NCBI RefSeq assembly: GCF_020745735.1
Contig: NW_026867526.1
Span: forward strand, 186,001-250,000
Direction of reading: 5' to 3'
Source of the DNA: Hemiscyllium ocellatum
Lineage: Eukaryota
DNA: 64,000 nucleotides
Shown: one piece after another, positions 61,194 through 64,000 of the stretch
Position numbering within the stretch: position 1 is the stretch's first letter
Layout of the letters: the number at the start of each line of letters is the position of its first letter
The notes under the pieces: model-generated
What the model was told of the DNA's origin: nothing
The model's input: the letters and a program-made list of their open reading frames with translations, nothing else
The model's database searches: none
Translations under genes and position numbers: made by a program

Positions 61194-63154
61194 CTGGAAA
61201 AGGATGCACCGAATGCCAAGCAGGAGAAGGTTGTTGGCATGTATCAGAAGAGTTAGGACCAATGACATGAAACTGGCTTTTAAGCAAGCTTTCAAAGTGA
61301 GAATGAGTACCGGAGGGCATGTAAGGAAGTTTATCAGTAAAGTACAGCGAATTCAGGGGACTTGACCAGACTCATGGACAAAAGCAATCAGAGAACCAAA
61401 GAACAGAGTGTGTATATAAGGTGTACAAGAGACAGCCAGGATCAAGGCCTTGAAGAATTTAGAGATAGACGTAAGTTTAATCTCAATACATTACATGATA
61501 ATGAGCCAGTTAAGATCTCAGTCCTTTCTCTATAAGCACAAGTTTAAGTTTACCAGTCTTGTCCAGGCCAGCATTAAATGGGATTTTTATTTGCACTGTG
61601 CACATCTCCTGATTTCACACGATATCTCAGTTTTGAAAATGCAATAGAATGCATTATCCACCGTTTCAGCAATTCATTAAATAGAAGTTGACAGAAATAA
61701 ACAACTTTCCAAAGCTGTCTTTCAACAGCCAGACTGATACAATATTCAAAAAGGATCTGCATGTACAAAGTGGGCTTGTCAGGGGGTTAAATCATTTCAA
61801 ATTCGAAAACTAGATTCCATTTTAATGACATCAGCTGGATGTTGGATACTCCATTAACAAAAGGTTCCCATATTCAAACGGTTGTTTGCAAATATAGAAA
61901 TTGGATATTGCTATAAAATAGGACATGCTCTTTTTTCTGTCTTGCATACATCAGGATAGCTGCAAGGATTTTGATATGAAGGGAAACAACATTTTACACT
62001 GAACAAGAAAAGAGTTCTGATGCTTTGGAAAATGCACAATGATTGACCGAGATGTCCCCAATGGAAATGGACTGGTCAGATGGTGACAGACAGTTAACAG
62101 CTAAACATTGTTAAGTTTTCAATTGGTAGGTTGCCTTTGTGGTCAAGGTATTGCCCTGCCAAATGAGTCCGAGAATGGCCATCACCAATTTAGTCGAATC
62201 ACAACAAGCATTGGCTGTTAACTGCCAATCATCACCTGGTCCATTCTCCATGCCTTTACCAATCAGCACTCATTACCCAGACAGATTAAATGCTTTCTCC
62301 CTTCCCATTGGTATTCTTGAGAGTGTCCTGATAAGTACAATACTAAAGACCGAAATAAAAAAAACCTTTATTTCCATCAATACTCAAATGTCCATGCTGT
62401 CCCAGCTGGCAGAGGTGAAACTTCACTATAATGTATCAGGCCGACAATGAACTGGTAAAGTTCTGCACTGGTCTCAGAGGGAAACCAGCAACAATGTCCT
62501 TGTGGAGACATTACTTTACCTTTGATCCTATACAGCAACAATTTCAAAGTCATTGAGGAACAGAAATAAATAGAAACAAACCACATGCACATGCACACAG
62601 CACACTATTATGTAAAGTAATAGAGAGAAATGCTGCACCAGCAGGAAAACTAATTGTTATTCTGAATAGTGAAGATGGCACCAAAAGCACCCTTGTGATA
62701 ATGACATTGGTTAGCAGCAGTTGAAGAGTTGCTCATTCTGTTCTGGGCCCCGCTCAGTTCCTACACCAGTATGTGACCATAGATTCAGATTGTTTTTAAA
62801 GGCAGCTATCAATATGCAGTTGCACAGTGGCAGGAGTACGGCTATCCTATGGACAGCACTGAAGAGATCTCACACACATTGGCTCTTTAATAACGAAATG
62901 GAGCAAACCTCAGAGATAGGGAAATGTAAATAAATGAACCATTAACAAGATTTCATCCAATTCGATAGTAACTGATACCTGATTATCAAATTCAGCTGCC
63001 ACTTGAAAGGATGCAAGAAGCCCCAAAAGGAGATACTCCACATTTCACTTGAGTCTGTGTCACATTATCGCAAGAGAGCTTTGTAGTTGCCTTCTAGCAG
63101 ACATTATTTTTATCCATAAACCACATCGGCTTGACAGAGAAGCATTGGTTGCGA

Positions 63155-63451
63155 TCACAGATCAGAACCGAATAGTGCAGAACCACACCATAACTCATCT
63201 CGAGAAGCTGTGTCAATGGGTGCTTGGGTTTGCAGTGCCTCTGTGTTCTGAGCTTCGGCCCCAATCTCTCTCTGTTCCCTAGTTTTTCTGATAAGTTGCG
63301 GTTCCAGTCAGTTTGTATTTCATCATTGTCCCAGATTATAGAGGTTTCAGTATCAGTGAGTTCACCAATATAGCGCGTTGGGTAAATCAGCAGTGGCCCT
63401 ACTGAAAAGGCTTTTAAATCCTGAGGCTCATAGAACAGCATATAGTTATCC
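63155..63451 (-). pseudogene. COLGALT2: Disabled terminal exon of a procollagen galactosyltransferase (COLGALT2-like; COLGALT1 not excluded)
   Basis: Acceptor aattaatag at 63460-63452; DNYMLFYEPQDLKAFSVGPLLIYPTRYIGE-LTDTETSIIWDNDEIQTDWNRNLSEK matches the remembered DLKAFSAEPLLIYPTHYTG.PGYLSDTETSTIWDN motif; after a 1-nt shift at the T5 run 63283-63287 the frame gives REQREIGAEAQNTEALQTQAPIDTASRDEL (RDEL at 63202-63191), followed by TGG instead of a stop. Confidence 0.85.
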
Positions 63452-64000
63452 CTATTAATTGACCTAATAACAATTAACAACATTATATTTGATCTGCTTT
63501 ATTTCCCATTACTGACTGCAATGAAGTTACTTCATGGGATACAGAAACTCACCAATGTGAGTAAAATCCTCTTAAACTTTGGGCAAAATCCAGGCTATTG
63601 ACTTAAGAGAATAAACTCCATACAATAATGCAACAAAGAAAAGCAAATTGAAGTCAAATGATGCACAGGTTTGATGAAGAGCAAAATCCCCTCTACCCCA
63701 GCAGGAAGGCAAGTAGAAAAGTTGTGCATTTATATAACATCTTAATGCAATCTCACAGTATCCTAAACATCTCTTTCCAGATCTCTGAAACAAGTGCAGA
63801 ACCCCTGGGGCTACTGTCAACTACATGCTATCAAACCCAGGGAATCAGAGATGGAAATGTCAGCATGTGCACATGTAACAGTTTAAAATGTGTGTTTAAT
63901 ACCTCCGCTCGAGTAACTCGCAAAATTGTTTTGCGGTATGAACAATAAATGGGAACAGGTCACTTGGCCCTTCGAGCCTGCTCCCCTATTCAATAAGATC

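Noticed and set aside
63094-63483. 129-aa ORF as an intact novel protein
   Set aside because: Only the middle matches COLGALT; the start lies in intron sequence and the C-terminal ~60 aa are out of frame after the frameshift.

Overview
Repeat-rich cartilaginous-fish (shark-type) genomic DNA; the taxon is inferred from the IgM sequence and the SINE/LINE families. Bases 1 to ~46.2 kb are nested retroelements: CR1 LINEs (one young 2.6-kb copy with an open EN-RT frame), a 4.9-kb Tx1/L1-clade LINE, at least four Penelope-like (PLE) families carrying minimal hammerhead-ribozyme motifs, V-SINEs and a second tRNA-SINE family. Decayed C2H2 zinc-finger genes and orphan CCAAT/GC/ZNF143 promoter-like patches lie among them. 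From 48.2 to 55.0 kb is an IgM heavy-chain constant region on the + strand: CH2, CH3, CH4 with secretory tailpiece, TM1 and TM2, all with open frames and GT-AG sites. I could find no leader, V, D, J, RSS or CH1 in the 48 kb upstream. A short 33-bp satellite block at 46165-46246 truncates an old LINE and marks a probable rearrangement or assembly junction. At 63.2-63.45 kb on the - strand is a disabled terminal exon of a COLGALT1/2-type procollagen galactosyltransferase, tail-to-tail with the Ig gene. All family assignments come from reading and from remembered motifs; no database search was run.
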